Counted from the first letter of the stretch, positions 18,205 through 28,908 are shown. The stretch is 64,000 nt of DNA from Parcubacteria group bacterium Athens0714_12 (GCA_007378955.1 VMGY01000003.1:26264-90263); one strand, 5' to 3'. Notes: a model not told the origin generated them from the sequence alone. Numbers and translations are program-made.

Positions 18205-19473
18205 TTGGCTATGCGTATTTTTAAACAAAAAATAACTATTCACTTGGTTATTACTTTAATTAAAATATTAACTTTTATAAAAAGAAGTATTGCCTTCTTT
18301 TTTTTAATTATCTTAAAATTCTTAAAAAAAATAGGTGGTGTATTGTTTCAAATTATTATTTTGCCTATTTATAAATTTTATCTACCGATAAAAAAAAGAT
18401 TTCAAAAATTTTTTCAAGAATCTTCCAAAAATAAATTCTTTTTTCTTGTTACCCATCCAAAATCTATCAATGTCTTGATTATCTTATTGGCTATTCTTGT
18501 GGCAAGCGCTAATATAAATGCCGGAGACAAGCAGCAAAGCACCGCCAAAGAATCTCTTCCTTTCATTCTTTTCAATGGAGAAGAGGAAATAACAGAGGAA
18601 GCGTTCGTCGAAGAAGGCGTTCCTTTAGAAAACTACTTTTCTAACGCGGAAGCAATCAAGCCATTGTTGCAAATTGAAGAGGAAAAGTTTGACTTAGAAG
18701 CGGAAAATGTAATTAGTTTTTTTAATGATTCGTATTTATTCAAGCCTTTCACTTCTGTCACGCAACAGACTCCTCGCTCAAGGACAAGTATAGAAACTTA
18801 CGTTGTGCAACTGGGGGATACGATTGGCGAAATCGCGGAAAAATTTAACTTGTGGGTGAGTACTATTTTATGGGAAAATAATTTATCAAGTTACTCCATT
18901 ATCAAGCCGGGCCAAGAACTGACTATTTTGCCGGTCAATGGCATTACTTATAAAATCAAAAAAGGCGATACTCTGGATTCTATCGCCAAGAAATATAAAA
19001 GCGAATCGACAAAAATTATTGATTTAAATAAATTAGCCAGCGCGAATGATTTGGAAATAGGCAAAATTTTAATTATCCCCGACGGGAAAAAATATATCGC
19101 GCCAATAATCAAAAAAGTGTCGTCCCAATCTGCTTTTGCTTCAGGAAATTTTAAAGGGCATACTTTCCCTTGGGGCCAATGCACTTGGTATGTAGCCCAA
19201 AAAAGATATGTTCCTTGGAGCGGGCATGCTAAAAATTGGTTAGCCAATGCCAGAAGAATGGGATTTGAAATAGGCACAAACCCATTAATAGGAGCGATTA
19301 TTTGTTTAAAGGAGACTGGCTGGCAAGCGCGGCTTTGGGGTCATGTTGCTTACGTGGAAGAAGTGAACGGAAATAATATTATCATTTCGGAAATGAATTA
19401 TAAAGGCGTTGGCGTTTATAGCAAAAGAACTTTGCCTATTAACAGCAAAAAAATAATCGGGTATATCTATTAA
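18205..19473 (+). CDS. membrane-anchored LysM-LysM-CHAP cell wall hydrolase
   Basis: Two LysM repeats (YVVQLGDT, YKIKKGDTL); CHAP motifs GQCTWY, GHVAYVE, SEMNY; start uncertain. Confidence 0.88.
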   Translation: MAMRIFKQKITIHLVITLIKILTFIKRSIAFFFLIILKFLKKIGGVLFQIIILPIYKFYLPIKKRFQKFFQESSKNKFFFLVTHPKSINVLIILLAILVASANINAGDKQQSTAKESLPFILFNGEEEITEEAFVEEGVPLENYFSNAEAIKPLLQIEEEKFDLEAENVISFFNDSYLFKPFTSVTQQTPRSRTSIETYVVQLGDTIGEIAEKFNLWVSTILWENNLSSYSIIKPGQELTILPVNGITYKIKKGDTLDSIAKKYKSESTKIIDLNKLASANDLEIGKILIIPDGKKYIAPIIKKVSSQSAFASGNFKGHTFPWGQCTWYVAQKRYVPWSGHAKNWLANARRMGFEIGTNPLIGAIICLKETGWQARLWGHVAYVEEVNGNNIIISEMNYKGVGVYSKRTLPINSKKIIGYIY

Positions 19474-19478
19474 AATTT

Positions 19479-21011
19479 CTACTCTATTTTCTCCCTATAT
19501 TGCAATGCTTCGGCAAGATGCTGAGTTTGGATAAAATCATTTTGCTCTAAATCGGCAATTGTCCGGGCGACTTTTATGGTTTTATAATAAGCCCTGGCTG
19601 ATAAATGAAATTGGTTAATGGCTTGCTTTAAAAGTTTTTCCGAATCATTATTAATAAAACAAAATTCTTTAACCATTTTTGAAGTCATTTCAGAATTATT
19701 AAAAATTTTTAAATTTTTAAAACGTTCTTTTTGCTTTAAAAAAGCTTTTTTCACTCTTTCTCTGATAATTTTAGATGCTTCGGCTAAGCTTTCTTTAGTA
19801 AGGTCTTCAATATTCAAGCGGGCAATTTCCAAATGCAAATCAATTCTGTCCAACAATGGCCCTGATATTCTTTTTCGGTATCTATTGATTTGCCCTAAAT
19901 TGCAAGTGCAATGTTTTATTGAATCGCCATAATAACCGCAAGGGCAAGGGTTTTGCGCCGCGATTAAAGTAAAGCGAGCGGGAAAAGTAAAACTTCCATG
20001 AACGCGGGAAACGGTGATTAATCCATCTTCCAAAGGCTGCCTTAAACTCTCCAAAACATCCCGAGGAAATTCCGGAAATTCATCCAAAAATAAAACTCCT
20101 CGATGAGCCAAGCTTATCTCGCCCGGCCTGGGCGAGCTTCCTCCTCCAACCAAGGAAACGGCCGAACTAGTATGATGAGGAGAGCGAAAAGGCCTTTCTA
20201 AAATTAAAGACTGATTTTTTTTAAGCAATCCGGCGGCGCTATAAATTTTACTTGTGTCTAAAATTTCTTCATAGGCCATCGGCGGTAAAATAGATATCAA
20301 GGCTTTAGAAAGTATGGTTTTGCCGGCGCCGGGAACGCCGCTCATTAATACATTATGCCCTCCGGCGGCGGCGATTTCTAATGCTCTTTTGGCGTGTTCT
20401 TGGCCTTTTATATAAGCCATATCATATTCAAAATCATTTTTTTCTTTTATTGAAATTATGCCTTTGCTAATTTCCGATTCAATAATTCTTACCCCTTTTA
20501 AATAATCAATTAAATCTTTCAAACAATTTAAAGCAAAAACTTCCAAGCCTTTTATTAATCTCACCTCTTCTATATTAGCTTTTGGCAAAAAAACTTTTTT
20601 TATTCCTTTTTGCTTGGCGTAAACCGCCATTGATAAAACGCCTCTCACCGGCCTTAATTCTCCATTTAAGGAAAGTTCTCCCATAAAAATAATTTCTTCT
20701 ATTTTCCAAGAAGAAAATAAATTAATATTTCCGGAAGCGATGAGAATGCCGACGGCGATAGCCAAATCATAACCTGCTCCTTCTTTTTTTAAATCAGCCG
20801 GCGCCAAATTAACTAAAACTCTTTTTTGAGAAGGAAAATTAAGTCCGGAATTTTTAATAGCCGTCCTCACTCTTTCTTTTGACTCTTCTAATGTTTTATC
20901 CGGCAAGCCGACTATATTAAAAGCGGGAAAACCGGAACAGACTTCCGTTTCTATTTCTACCCCCTCCCCTTCCAGGCCATTAAGGCCGCAGGAAAATATT
21001 TTAGATAACAT
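19479..21011 (-). CDS. comM: YifB/ComM Mg-chelatase-like AAA+ ATPase
   Basis: IVGLPD, NLAPADLKK, PFRSPHH, PGEISLAHRGVLFLDE, NPCPCG. Confidence 0.93.
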   Translation of the reverse strand: MLSKIFSCGLNGLEGEGVEIETEVCSGFPAFNIVGLPDKTLEESKERVRTAIKNSGLNFPSQKRVLVNLAPADLKKEGAGYDLAIAVGILIASGNINLFSSWKIEEIIFMGELSLNGELRPVRGVLSMAVYAKQKGIKKVFLPKANIEEVRLIKGLEVFALNCLKDLIDYLKGVRIIESEISKGIISIKEKNDFEYDMAYIKGQEHAKRALEIAAAGGHNVLMSGVPGAGKTILSKALISILPPMAYEEILDTSKIYSAAGLLKKNQSLILERPFRSPHHTSSAVSLVGGGSSPRPGEISLAHRGVLFLDEFPEFPRDVLESLRQPLEDGLITVSRVHGSFTFPARFTLIAAQNPCPCGYYGDSIKHCTCNLGQINRYRKRISGPLLDRIDLHLEIARLNIEDLTKESLAEASKIIRERVKKAFLKQKERFKNLKIFNNSEMTSKMVKEFCFINNDSEKLLKQAINQFHLSARAYYKTIKVARTIADLEQNDFIQTQHLAEALQYREKIE

Positions 21012-21023
21012 AAAATTAAATAA

Positions 21024-21264
21024 AAATTACAATTATCAAACCCCAAATCACAAACAAATACCAAATTCTAATGACCAAAATTCAAAACTGTTTGGAATTT
21101 ACCTGCCCGACTTCGCCTTGACTGATTTTATCCTCTAAATTTTTTAAATTATTATAATTAGCGAAAACTATCAATCCTGTTTATTAGAAACGGCGAAGTC
21201 AAGGCGGGCGGGTAATTTGGGATTTTGAATTTGTTTGATATTTGTAATTTGAAATTTGGGATTT
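21024..21264 (+). mobile_element. ORF-deleted copy of the four-helix-bundle heptamer cassette, with a nested palindrome (21101-21214)
   Basis: Arms align unit by unit with 36379-36851, including AAATTCTAATGACCAAAA (MTKIQN start). Confidence 0.75.
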
Positions 21265-21291
21265 AAAATTTTATTAAATTAATTTAGTCGT

Positions 21292-21711
21292 TTAAATCTT
21301 ATTGTTTCTAAATTTAAATAAATATTTATAAACTATCACTGCAATTCCTACTACGATCATTGCATCAGCCAAATTAAAAACCGTAAAAAAAGGAACATTG
21401 ATATAATCAATCACATAGCCGTAAACCAAGCGGTCCATTAAATTGCTAAAAGCTCCTAAAATAATCAAAGTTAAAGAAAAAATTTGATAAACATTTCTCC
21501 TTTGATAGCTTTTTATTAAAAATAAAATCAAAACAAAAATAATAATGATTATTAAAATAATCAAAATATCTTTAGGAAATGGCAGGCTAAAAGCGAGATA
21601 AGGGTTTTTAAATAAAAAACCACGCCTAGCGTGGTTAAAAAATATTTTTAAAAAACGGTCAAAGAAAAAAAATACAAAAGGAATCAAATTGGCGAAAAAA
21701 ATTTTTTTCAT
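21292..21711 (-). CDS. lspA: signal peptidase II
   Basis: GAFSNLMDRL, GYVIDYI, VFNLADAMI. Confidence 0.9.
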   Translation of the reverse strand: MKKIFFANLIPFVFFFFDRFLKIFFNHARRGFLFKNPYLAFSLPFPKDILIILIIIIIFVLILFLIKSYQRRNVYQIFSLTLIILGAFSNLMDRLVYGYVIDYINVPFFTVFNLADAMIVVGIAVIVYKYLFKFRNNKI

Positions 21712-21715
21712 CTAA

Positions 21716-22081
21716 TTAATTATTTTTTTCTTTTTTGCATTTAAGACAAAGAGTGGCTTGAGGAAGAGCTTTTAAGCGGGCCTCTGGAATTATTTGTTTG
21801 CATTTTTTGCAAATTCCATAATTTCCCTGTTTTATCATTTCCAAAGCTTCGCCTACTTCTTTTAAAATTTTTTCCAAATCTCTTTCCAGGGAAAGGCGAT
21901 TTTCATATAATGTAACTTCCTGAGCATTTTCTTCTTCTTTATTCCCAATTTCAAGATATTTCGCCTGATAATCATCTTTAATTTTTTTATTTTTCTGGGC
22001 GATATTGCCCAACTCTTCTTCTAATCGTTTTCTTTCTTGAAGAAGCGAGTTTTTTGCTTCTTCTAAAAATTTTTTATCCAT
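21716..22081 (-). CDS. TraR/DksA C4-type zinc finger protein
   Basis: YGICKKC..IPEARLKALP.ATLCLKC. Confidence 0.9.
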   Translation of the reverse strand: MDKKFLEEAKNSLLQERKRLEEELGNIAQKNKKIKDDYQAKYLEIGNKEEENAQEVTLYENRLSLERDLEKILKEVGEALEMIKQGNYGICKKCKQIIPEARLKALPQATLCLKCKKEKNN

Positions 22082-22099
22082 AAATTATTATTTAACTTG

Positions 22100-22147
22100 C
22101 CCCGTGAAATCCCCTTCGGGGAACTGCGAAGCAGTTATTTTACTGGG
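22100..22147. mobile_element. short MITE-like palindrome overlapping the pnp stop codon
   Basis: CCCCGTGAAAT...ATTTTACTGGG flanked by CTTG direct repeats. Confidence 0.5.
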
Positions 22148-24278
22148 CTTGTTTTAAAGAAAGGCTAATTTTGCCTTGCTCGTCAATTCTTATTACTTTA
22201 ACAGGAATTATCTCGCCCTCTTTAACAATGTCTTCTACCTTTGCCACTCTGTAAGGAGCTAATTCGGAAATATGAACCAATCCTTCTTGCTTCGGCAATA
22301 TTTCCACAAACGCGCCAAAATCCATTATTTTTACAACTCGGCCTTGAAAAATCTCGCCAATTTTCGCTTCTTTAGTTAAATTTTCAACCCATTCCACGGC
22401 TTTATCAATACCCGATGAGCTCAAGGAAGAAATAAAAACTGTTCCGTCTTGCTCTATATCAATAGACGCTACTCCTGTCTTTTCAATAATTTCGTTAATC
22501 ATTTTTCCTCCCGGCCCGATAACATCTCTGATTTTTTCCGGATTAATTTTTAAGGTTATTACCCGCGGAGCGTAAGGCGAAAGTTCCGCCCTTGGCTCGC
22601 CGATCGCTTCACTCATTGCTTCTAAAATTTTTAAACGCGCTTCTTTCGCTTGAAAAATAGTTTTTTCAACAATTTCATCAGTCAAGCCATTTGTTTTAGT
22701 GTCCATTTGTATGGCGGTAATGCCGTCTTTTGTTCCCGCTACCTTAAAATCCATTCCTCCGTTTGAATCTTCAAGGTCTTGCAAATCAGTAAAAATTTTA
22801 TAACTCTTTATTTCTTTGTTTTCTTCAATGGAAGCCAATCCCATGGCAATGCCTGCCACTGGTTTTTTAATCGGTATGCCGGCATCCATTAAAGCCATGC
22901 AAGAAGCGCAAACAGAACCCATTGAACTGGAACCATTGGAACTCAAAACTTCAGAAACTAATCTGATCGTGTAAGGAAATTTATCTTTTTCGGGCAAAAC
23001 AGGGATTAAAGCTTTTTCCGCTAACGCGCCATGGCCGATTTCTCTTCTGCCCGGCCCTCTGACCGGAGCGACTTCTCCGACGCTGAAAGGAGGAAAATTA
23101 TAATGGTGCATAAATCTTTTTTTGCCGCTCTCTTCCATTGTGTCTAAATGCAATTCTTCGCCCGGCGAACCCAAAGTTACCACTGAAAGCACTTGAGTAT
23201 CGCCCCTTTTAAATAAAGCCGAGCCGTGGACGTGAGGCAGAATAGCCACTTCGCAATTAAGCGGCCTGATCTCGTCTAATTTTCTGCCGTCAACCCTTTT
23301 ATCTTTCTCTAAAATCGCTTTACTGATTTCCTCTTCTAATAAAGCTTTAAATATTGTTTGGGCTTTTTCCCTTTTTTCTTTTCCTATCTCTTGCTCCAAT
23401 AATTCATTGTTTAACTTTTCCGCCAATTCTTCTTTTTTATGCTTTCTCCCTAATTTGCTTTTAATCTTATGATTAAACAATCCCTCTTCTAAATTTTTAT
23501 TTAAAAATTCTTTGACTTTGCTTTTTAATTCTTCTTCTTTTTCTTTGTCTTCCGGCGACTTAAGAAAGGAAGGTAAAACTTCCAAATTTTTTTCCTGGCC
23601 GATTTCTTTTTTAATTTCTTCTATCAAAGAAATGACTTTTTCTATATGTTTTTGCCCGAATCTTATCGCTTCCAAAACAACTTCTTCTTTCGCCTCTTTA
23701 GCTCCGGCTTCCAACATTACGACTTTATCTTTTGTTCCCGCGACGACCAAATCTAAATCGCTTTTTTCCCTCGCGCTATAAATGGAATTCAAAATCCACT
23801 CTTCATTAATTCTTCCGACTCTTACCGCTCCTACCGGACCGAACCAAGGAATACCAGAAACAGCCAAAGCGCAAGAAGCGGCAATTAAAGAAACAATGTC
23901 CGGATCATTTTCTTGGTCAAAAGAAAGGACGGTTAAAATAACTTGAACATCATTTCTAATTTCTTCCGGAAATAATGGCCTGATCGCCCGATCAATTAAA
24001 CGAGCGGTCAAGATCGCTTCATCGGTTGCTCTGCCTTCTCTTTTGATAAAACGAGAGCCTTTTATTTTTCCCGCCGCGTATAATCTTTCTTCGTAATCAA
24101 CTAAAAGGGGAAGAAAATCAATTCCTTCCCTTTGTTCTCTGCTTAAAACCACAGTTGCCAAAACTGTTGTTTCGCCGTATTGGACGGTGCAGCTGCTGGT
24201 GGCTAAGCCGGCTAATTTTCCAACTTCAATAATTAAATTTCTTCCTCCTAATTCTCTGACAAATTTCTGAATCGCCAT
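22140..24278 (-). CDS. pnp: polyribonucleotide nucleotidyltransferase
   Basis: Two RNase PH domains, RREIGHGALAE, SNGSSSMGSVC, KH and S1 domains; likely start MAIQKF with GAGGT SD. Confidence 0.96.
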   Translation of the reverse strand: MAIQKFVRELGGRNLIIEVGKLAGLATSSCTVQYGETTVLATVVLSREQREGIDFLPLLVDYEERLYAAGKIKGSRFIKREGRATDEAILTARLIDRAIRPLFPEEIRNDVQVILTVLSFDQENDPDIVSLIAASCALAVSGIPWFGPVGAVRVGRINEEWILNSIYSAREKSDLDLVVAGTKDKVVMLEAGAKEAKEEVVLEAIRFGQKHIEKVISLIEEIKKEIGQEKNLEVLPSFLKSPEDKEKEEELKSKVKEFLNKNLEEGLFNHKIKSKLGRKHKKEELAEKLNNELLEQEIGKEKREKAQTIFKALLEEEISKAILEKDKRVDGRKLDEIRPLNCEVAILPHVHGSALFKRGDTQVLSVVTLGSPGEELHLDTMEESGKKRFMHHYNFPPFSVGEVAPVRGPGRREIGHGALAEKALIPVLPEKDKFPYTIRLVSEVLSSNGSSSMGSVCASCMALMDAGIPIKKPVAGIAMGLASIEENKEIKSYKIFTDLQDLEDSNGGMDFKVAGTKDGITAIQMDTKTNGLTDEIVEKTIFQAKEARLKILEAMSEAIGEPRAELSPYAPRVITLKINPEKIRDVIGPGGKMINEIIEKTGVASIDIEQDGTVFISSLSSSGIDKAVEWVENLTKEAKIGEIFQGRVVKIMDFGAFVEILPKQEGLVHISELAPYRVAKVEDIVKEGEIIPVKVIRIDEQGKISLSLKQAQ

Positions 24279-24411
24279 AAATTTTACCTCATCCCTGATC
24301 ATCAAACTTTAGACTTGTTAATAATCGCGCTAAGCGCAACTAAAGCCTATCTGTCTGACGACCAAAAATTAAAAAATTAAAAAAATAAATAAACTATCTT
24401 TAATCTAAAAT

Positions 24412-24672
24412 CTAAAGTTTTATTTTTTCCAACAATTTATCGTAGCGCTTTTCATTTTCTCTCTCCAAATATTTCAAAAGCCTTCTTCTTTGACCGACTT
24501 TTTTCAACAAACCCTTTCTGGAAGAAAAATCTTTTTTATGAGCTTTTAAATGCTCAGCCAAATCTTTTATTTCCGTAGTTAAAATAGCGATCTGAACTTC
24601 CGGAGAACCCGTGTCGCTTGGATGAATTTTAAATTTTTCAATAATTTTATCTTTTTTCTTTTTTTCTAACAT
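24412..24672 (-). CDS. rpsO: 30S ribosomal protein S15
   Basis: [35 protein letters not shown]. Confidence 0.96.
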   Translation of the reverse strand: MLEKKKKDKIIEKFKIHPSDTGSPEVQIAILTTEIKDLAEHLKAHKKDFSSRKGLLKKVGQRRRLLKYLERENEKRYDKLLEKIKL

Positions 24673-24716
24673 AATATTTCATACCTTAACATATGCTAAA
24701 AATTTAATCAAGTCTT

Positions 24717-26057
24717 TCAAAAAAATAACTTTAAACATTCTTTCAAATTTTTAATTTCTATTATTTCCAGCCCTTGCTTATTTTTAACCCCATTTTTGGG
24801 GATAATGGCTTTTTTAAATCCTAACTTGCTTATTTCTTTTAAACGTCTTTCAGTCTGGGAAACATTTCTTACTCCTCCGTCTAAGCCGACTTCGCCAAAA
24901 GCCACCAATCCGGAATCAATAACTTGATTTTTATAAGCGGAAGCAATGGCTAAGCAAACGGCTAAATCGCAAGCCGGCTCTTCTATTTTTATTCCGCCGA
25001 CAATATTAATCAAAACATCTAAATTACTTAAATTGAGCCCGCAAATTTTAGTCAAAACAGCGATTAATAACTGCAAACGATTAAAATCAAATCCGGCGCT
25101 GCGGCGCTGCGGATAGCCATAAGCTGTCTTGGAGACTAATGCCTGAACCTCAATTAAAAATGGTCTATTGCCCTGCATCACCGCTGTCACCACCGAGCCA
25201 GGCGCGTTTCCTTCCCTTTGCTGCAAAAAAACATGCGACGGATTTTTTATTTCTTTAAGTCCGTCTTCTTTCATTTCAAAAACTCCCACTTCATTCGTCG
25301 AGCCAAACCTATTTTTAATCGTTCTTAAAAGCCTTAATTGGTGATACCTCTCGCCTTCTAAATAAATAACGCAATCAACTAAATGTTCTAAGGTTTTTGG
25401 CCCTGCCACAAAACCTTCTTTAGTCACATGGCCGACGATAAAAATAGAAATTTTATTTTTTTTAGCTACTCCCAAAAGTTTAACCGTGCAAGCGCGAACC
25501 TGATTGACACTGCCCGCTTCCGAAGGCAAACCGGAAAAAAACATCGTCTGAATAGAATCAATAATGGCTATTTGGGGCTTGCATTGTTCAAGAGTGGCGC
25601 AAATAATTTCAATATTGGTCTCGCCTAAAAATTTTAATTCCTTAACTTTTAAATTCAACCTGTCTAAGCGCATTTTAATTTGCTCGGCTGATTCTTCGCC
25701 GGAAACATAAAGAATGGGAAAAGAATTTTTCTCCGTAATTTGCAGAACCAAGGTTGATTTGCCGATGCCCGGTTCGCCGCCTAATAAAACCAAACTTCCG
25801 GGCACAATGCCGCCGCCCAAAACCTGGTCAAATTCTTCTATGCCTGTTTTTAATCTTTCTATATCATTGCCTTGCACTTTCTCAAATTCCACAATTTTTC
25901 CCGCGGCTGCTTCAATTTTTGTCCCTTGAGAATGTTCGCTCGCCATTTGCTTTTCCACTGTCCCCCAAGAACCGCATTCCGGGCACTGCCCGAGCCAACG
26001 AGGAAATTGGGCGTCGCATTTGGAACAAACATAGATTATTCTTGAAAGTTTAACCAT
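24717..26057 (-). CDS. radA: DNA repair protein RadA/Sms
   Basis: C4 Zn finger, GGEPGIGKSTL, KNRFG. Confidence 0.96.
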   Translation of the reverse strand: MVKLSRIIYVCSKCDAQFPRWLGQCPECGSWGTVEKQMASEHSQGTKIEAAAGKIVEFEKVQGNDIERLKTGIEEFDQVLGGGIVPGSLVLLGGEPGIGKSTLVLQITEKNSFPILYVSGEESAEQIKMRLDRLNLKVKELKFLGETNIEIICATLEQCKPQIAIIDSIQTMFFSGLPSEAGSVNQVRACTVKLLGVAKKNKISIFIVGHVTKEGFVAGPKTLEHLVDCVIYLEGERYHQLRLLRTIKNRFGSTNEVGVFEMKEDGLKEIKNPSHVFLQQREGNAPGSVVTAVMQGNRPFLIEVQALVSKTAYGYPQRRSAGFDFNRLQLLIAVLTKICGLNLSNLDVLINIVGGIKIEEPACDLAVCLAIASAYKNQVIDSGLVAFGEVGLDGGVRNVSQTERRLKEISKLGFKKAIIPKNGVKNKQGLEIIEIKNLKECLKLFF

Positions 26058-26107
26058 TTTATTATTTAATAATGCAATTCAATCAGATTATTTTTTAAGG
26101 ATAAAAA

Positions 26108-26245
26108 AATGTCTAATTCCTAATTTCTAATGCCAAATTAATGCTCAATGCCAAAATGTCCAATCTTTAATTAATCTTATTCGGTTATTGGTCATTTAAT
26201 CGTTAAGATTTTTTATTAGAAATTAGAAATTTGACATTAGGTATT
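26108..26245. repeat. empty heptamer-arm palindrome
   Basis: aatgtct-aattcct-aatttct-aatgcc arm facing attagaa-attagaa-atttgac-attaggt arm. Confidence 0.65.
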
Positions 26246-26252
26246 AAATAAC

Positions 26253-26369
26253 TTTGAATTACGAAATAGGCTGAGTAGGGGGCGCGCTCATATCTTTTTT
26301 GCAGACGCGGCGATTAGTCCGCAGCGCAAAAAAGATATGAGCCCTAAATAATGAATTTCGTAATTCAAA
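26253..26369. repeat. nested inverted-repeat element
   Basis: Perfect 15-bp outer IR (26253-26267/26355-26369) and 17-bp inner IR (26286-26302/26326-26342). Confidence 0.75.
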
Positions 26370-26389
26370 CTAAATAAAAATATTGATTT

Positions 26390-27628
26390 TTATTTGAGTT
26401 GTATCTTATTCAACTGTCCGGTATTTTGGTCGGTAAAATAAAGAAAATCTTCTTCCGCGGAAAGAAATATATCCGAGACATTATATTCGCCAACGCTTGG
26501 TTCGGCTAAAAAAGTTTTTACTCCGCGATCAAGATTTATTTTATAAAAATTATCTCCGCGATCAGCTATTTCCGGCGCTAAGCCGGCGCCTTCCGGCAAA
26601 TATTTAGGCGCGGCGCAATAAATATTTTTATTATCAGAACTAAAAACGCATTTATCCGCCCAGGTCTGCAAATCTAATTCTTTTCTTCCCCGCCCGATAT
26701 TGTCGCCTTCGGCTTCAACCGCCCACAAAGTCGGACGATAACCGGAATCAGCATTCCAAACGCTGTAAATAATTTTATTTCCTTGAGGCGACCACTTGCC
26801 TTCAAAACCCCTGCCTTCCACGACAATTGATTTAAAATTCTCGCCATAAAAACCAATGAAAAGAATTTCCTGTTTGTCAAAACCCATATCCTCGCCGGTA
26901 GCGGAAAAAGCCACAACTTGATTATTGGGCGACCAAGCGACTTGGACTTTTTGAGCGTTTTCCCCCAAAGGCTCGATCATTTTCAAACCAGTGCCGTCAG
27001 CATTAGCTTTAGCCAGCCACCTGTTATTTGGGTCGTCACTGTCAATTTTTAAGCCGATTTCATTGCCTGAAGAAGAAAAAGAAAAATCGTACCAATTTTT
27101 ATTTAAAGTTATTTGCTTGTCTTTTTCAAAATCATACAAAATTTTATTTCCATCCGGATATTCCAAAATCGCCTTATTTTTATCCGGCGACCAATTAATA
27201 TTTTCCACCTGATAAAATTTTCTTTCTGAAAGCAATTCTCGCTTGCCGTCGGCATTGATTTTATAAAATTCGTTCTTGTCTTTATCGTAATAAAAAACTT
27301 CCCCGGTATTTTTATTCAAAATAGGCGATGAGACGACTTCTTTAATCACGGACTTGACTAATGTTTCTCCGCCGGCGGCAATATCAGAAGCAACGGGCAA
27401 AGACGGGGTGATTTCCGGCGATTCGCCTGACGGAGGAACAACGATTATTCCGCCAGTTCCTTCGCCTGCCGGAGGCAAAATTCCGGGCGAGACTATTTCT
27501 TTTCCTGCTTCCGGCAAAGGTTCCTTTGATATCGGCCGAAAAAATAAATAATATAATCCAAAGCCAAAACCGATGGCAATTAAAATAAAAATAATAATTA
27601 AAATGATTTTTTTAAAATCAAAACGCAT
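26390..27628 (-). CDS. membrane-anchored beta-propeller (TolB/WD40-like) protein
   Basis: N-terminal TM helix, Pro-rich linker, repeated WSP/FSS motifs. Confidence 0.75.
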   Translation of the reverse strand: MRFDFKKIILIIIFILIAIGFGFGLYYLFFRPISKEPLPEAGKEIVSPGILPPAGEGTGGIIVVPPSGESPEITPSLPVASDIAAGGETLVKSVIKEVVSSPILNKNTGEVFYYDKDKNEFYKINADGKRELLSERKFYQVENINWSPDKNKAILEYPDGNKILYDFEKDKQITLNKNWYDFSFSSSGNEIGLKIDSDDPNNRWLAKANADGTGLKMIEPLGENAQKVQVAWSPNNQVVAFSATGEDMGFDKQEILFIGFYGENFKSIVVEGRGFEGKWSPQGNKIIYSVWNADSGYRPTLWAVEAEGDNIGRGRKELDLQTWADKCVFSSDNKNIYCAAPKYLPEGAGLAPEIADRGDNFYKINLDRGVKTFLAEPSVGEYNVSDIFLSAEEDFLYFTDQNTGQLNKIQLK

Positions 27629-27649
27629 AAATTATAACATTATAAAAAA

Positions 27650-28531
27650 TTAATATCCTAAATTTTCTTTGCACATATTATCAGTAGCGAGCGTCCATCC
27701 CACGCCGCAAATATCTCTGCATTCCCCTTTTAAAGGAAGTAAAGTATATTTATATTCAAGTTGAGGAACGCATTCATTGTCAATTAATTGACAACCGGGC
27801 TGAAGTTCGCAAGCATTTATTCCAAAAAACCCGCATCTCTCCAGTTTACTTGACCAAGAAACTAACGCATCGCTGCAGCAGACTATCTTTGAATCAACTG
27901 GCGGTATTTTATTTTCTATTTCATTTCTTGTTAAACCGCACATGCGCAAGACCTCGCATTTATTGCCTGTCCACCAGCAACCCCAATTATATTGCCCTAA
28001 ACATGCTTCTCTGCCTAAAAAACCGCATTCTTGCCCAGTTTTTTTCGACTGGACATATTCTTTTATATAAATACACTTATCATCAACCCATTGGCAACCT
28101 GGTTCAGGCTCGCATTTTTCTTTGCCAAGCAAACTGCATTTATCCTGAATAATGCCTATTTCGGGCAATTTTAATTTTACCAAATTTGGATTAATGATAT
28201 AAAGCAAACCATAAGAACAAAGCGCTAAAATCAAACCAACCACGGCATTGGAAATTGCTTTTCTCGCTTCGCCGATTTGCGAACCGCTGCCCGCGGCAGT
28301 CAGCCACTGCAGACCGCCCCACATAATCATCACCACTGCCACAACACTAATCGCTCCCAAGCCAAAAGTGTACCAAGCCGCGATGTAAGAAGCTAAATCC
28401 TTGCCCGCGCCTTCCTGCCCGGGAATAGGCACCTGCAAATCAATCGCCTTATCTTGCGCTTTAACTATCAGGCAAAAGCCAAAAACCAATAAGCTCGCTA
28501 AAATAATTTTTGAATATCTTTTATTAAACAT
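27650..28531 (-). CDS. VirB2/TrbC-like pilin with Cys-rich C-terminal repeats
   Basis: LQVPIPG, AVVMIMWGGLQWLTAAG...A...I.NAVVGLILAL.SY.LL..INP pilin pattern; three C-x7-C repeats. Confidence 0.75.
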   Translation of the reverse strand: MFNKRYSKIILASLLVFGFCLIVKAQDKAIDLQVPIPGQEGAGKDLASYIAAWYTFGLGAISVVAVVMIMWGGLQWLTAAGSGSQIGEARKAISNAVVGLILALCSYGLLYIINPNLVKLKLPEIGIIQDKCSLLGKEKCEPEPGCQWVDDKCIYIKEYVQSKKTGQECGFLGREACLGQYNWGCWWTGNKCEVLRMCGLTRNEIENKIPPVDSKIVCCSDALVSWSSKLERCGFFGINACELQPGCQLIDNECVPQLEYKYTLLPLKGECRDICGVGWTLATDNMCKENLGY

Positions 28532-28532
28532 A

Positions 28533-28850
28533 TTAACGCAGTAAATCCCAAAATATTTTTAAAGGCGTCGCGCCAAAAAAATTTAAAAACCCCATTGGAT
28601 CATTTATAATCCAAGCCAATAAAATAATTATAAATAAAAGAATCAGCCAAAACCACCAAGTGACGGCGAAAAAGCCGACGAGAGAACTTAAAATCCAAAA
28701 CCAAATTTTTTTTGAAACAGCTTTTTTTATTTGGTTTGCGGCTTGTTTTTTAGCCGCCTCCCGCGCTTTTTCTTTTAAATCCTGTAATTTTGATTTTTTT
28801 AATTCTCGGCTTGCTTCCAATTCTTGTTCTTGCGTAATTTCATTATCCAT
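28533..28850 (-). CDS. small membrane protein
   Basis: Charged N-terminus plus long hydrophobic segment; abuts the pilin gene. Confidence 0.65.
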   Translation of the reverse strand: MDNEITQEQELEASRELKKSKLQDLKEKAREAAKKQAANQIKKAVSKKIWFWILSSLVGFFAVTWWFWLILLFIIILLAWIINDPMGFLNFFGATPLKIFWDLLR

Positions 28851-28908
28851 ACCAAAATTATTAAAAATTTAGAACGAAGTGAATAAATTTTTTATTATAA
28901 TTTTGAGT

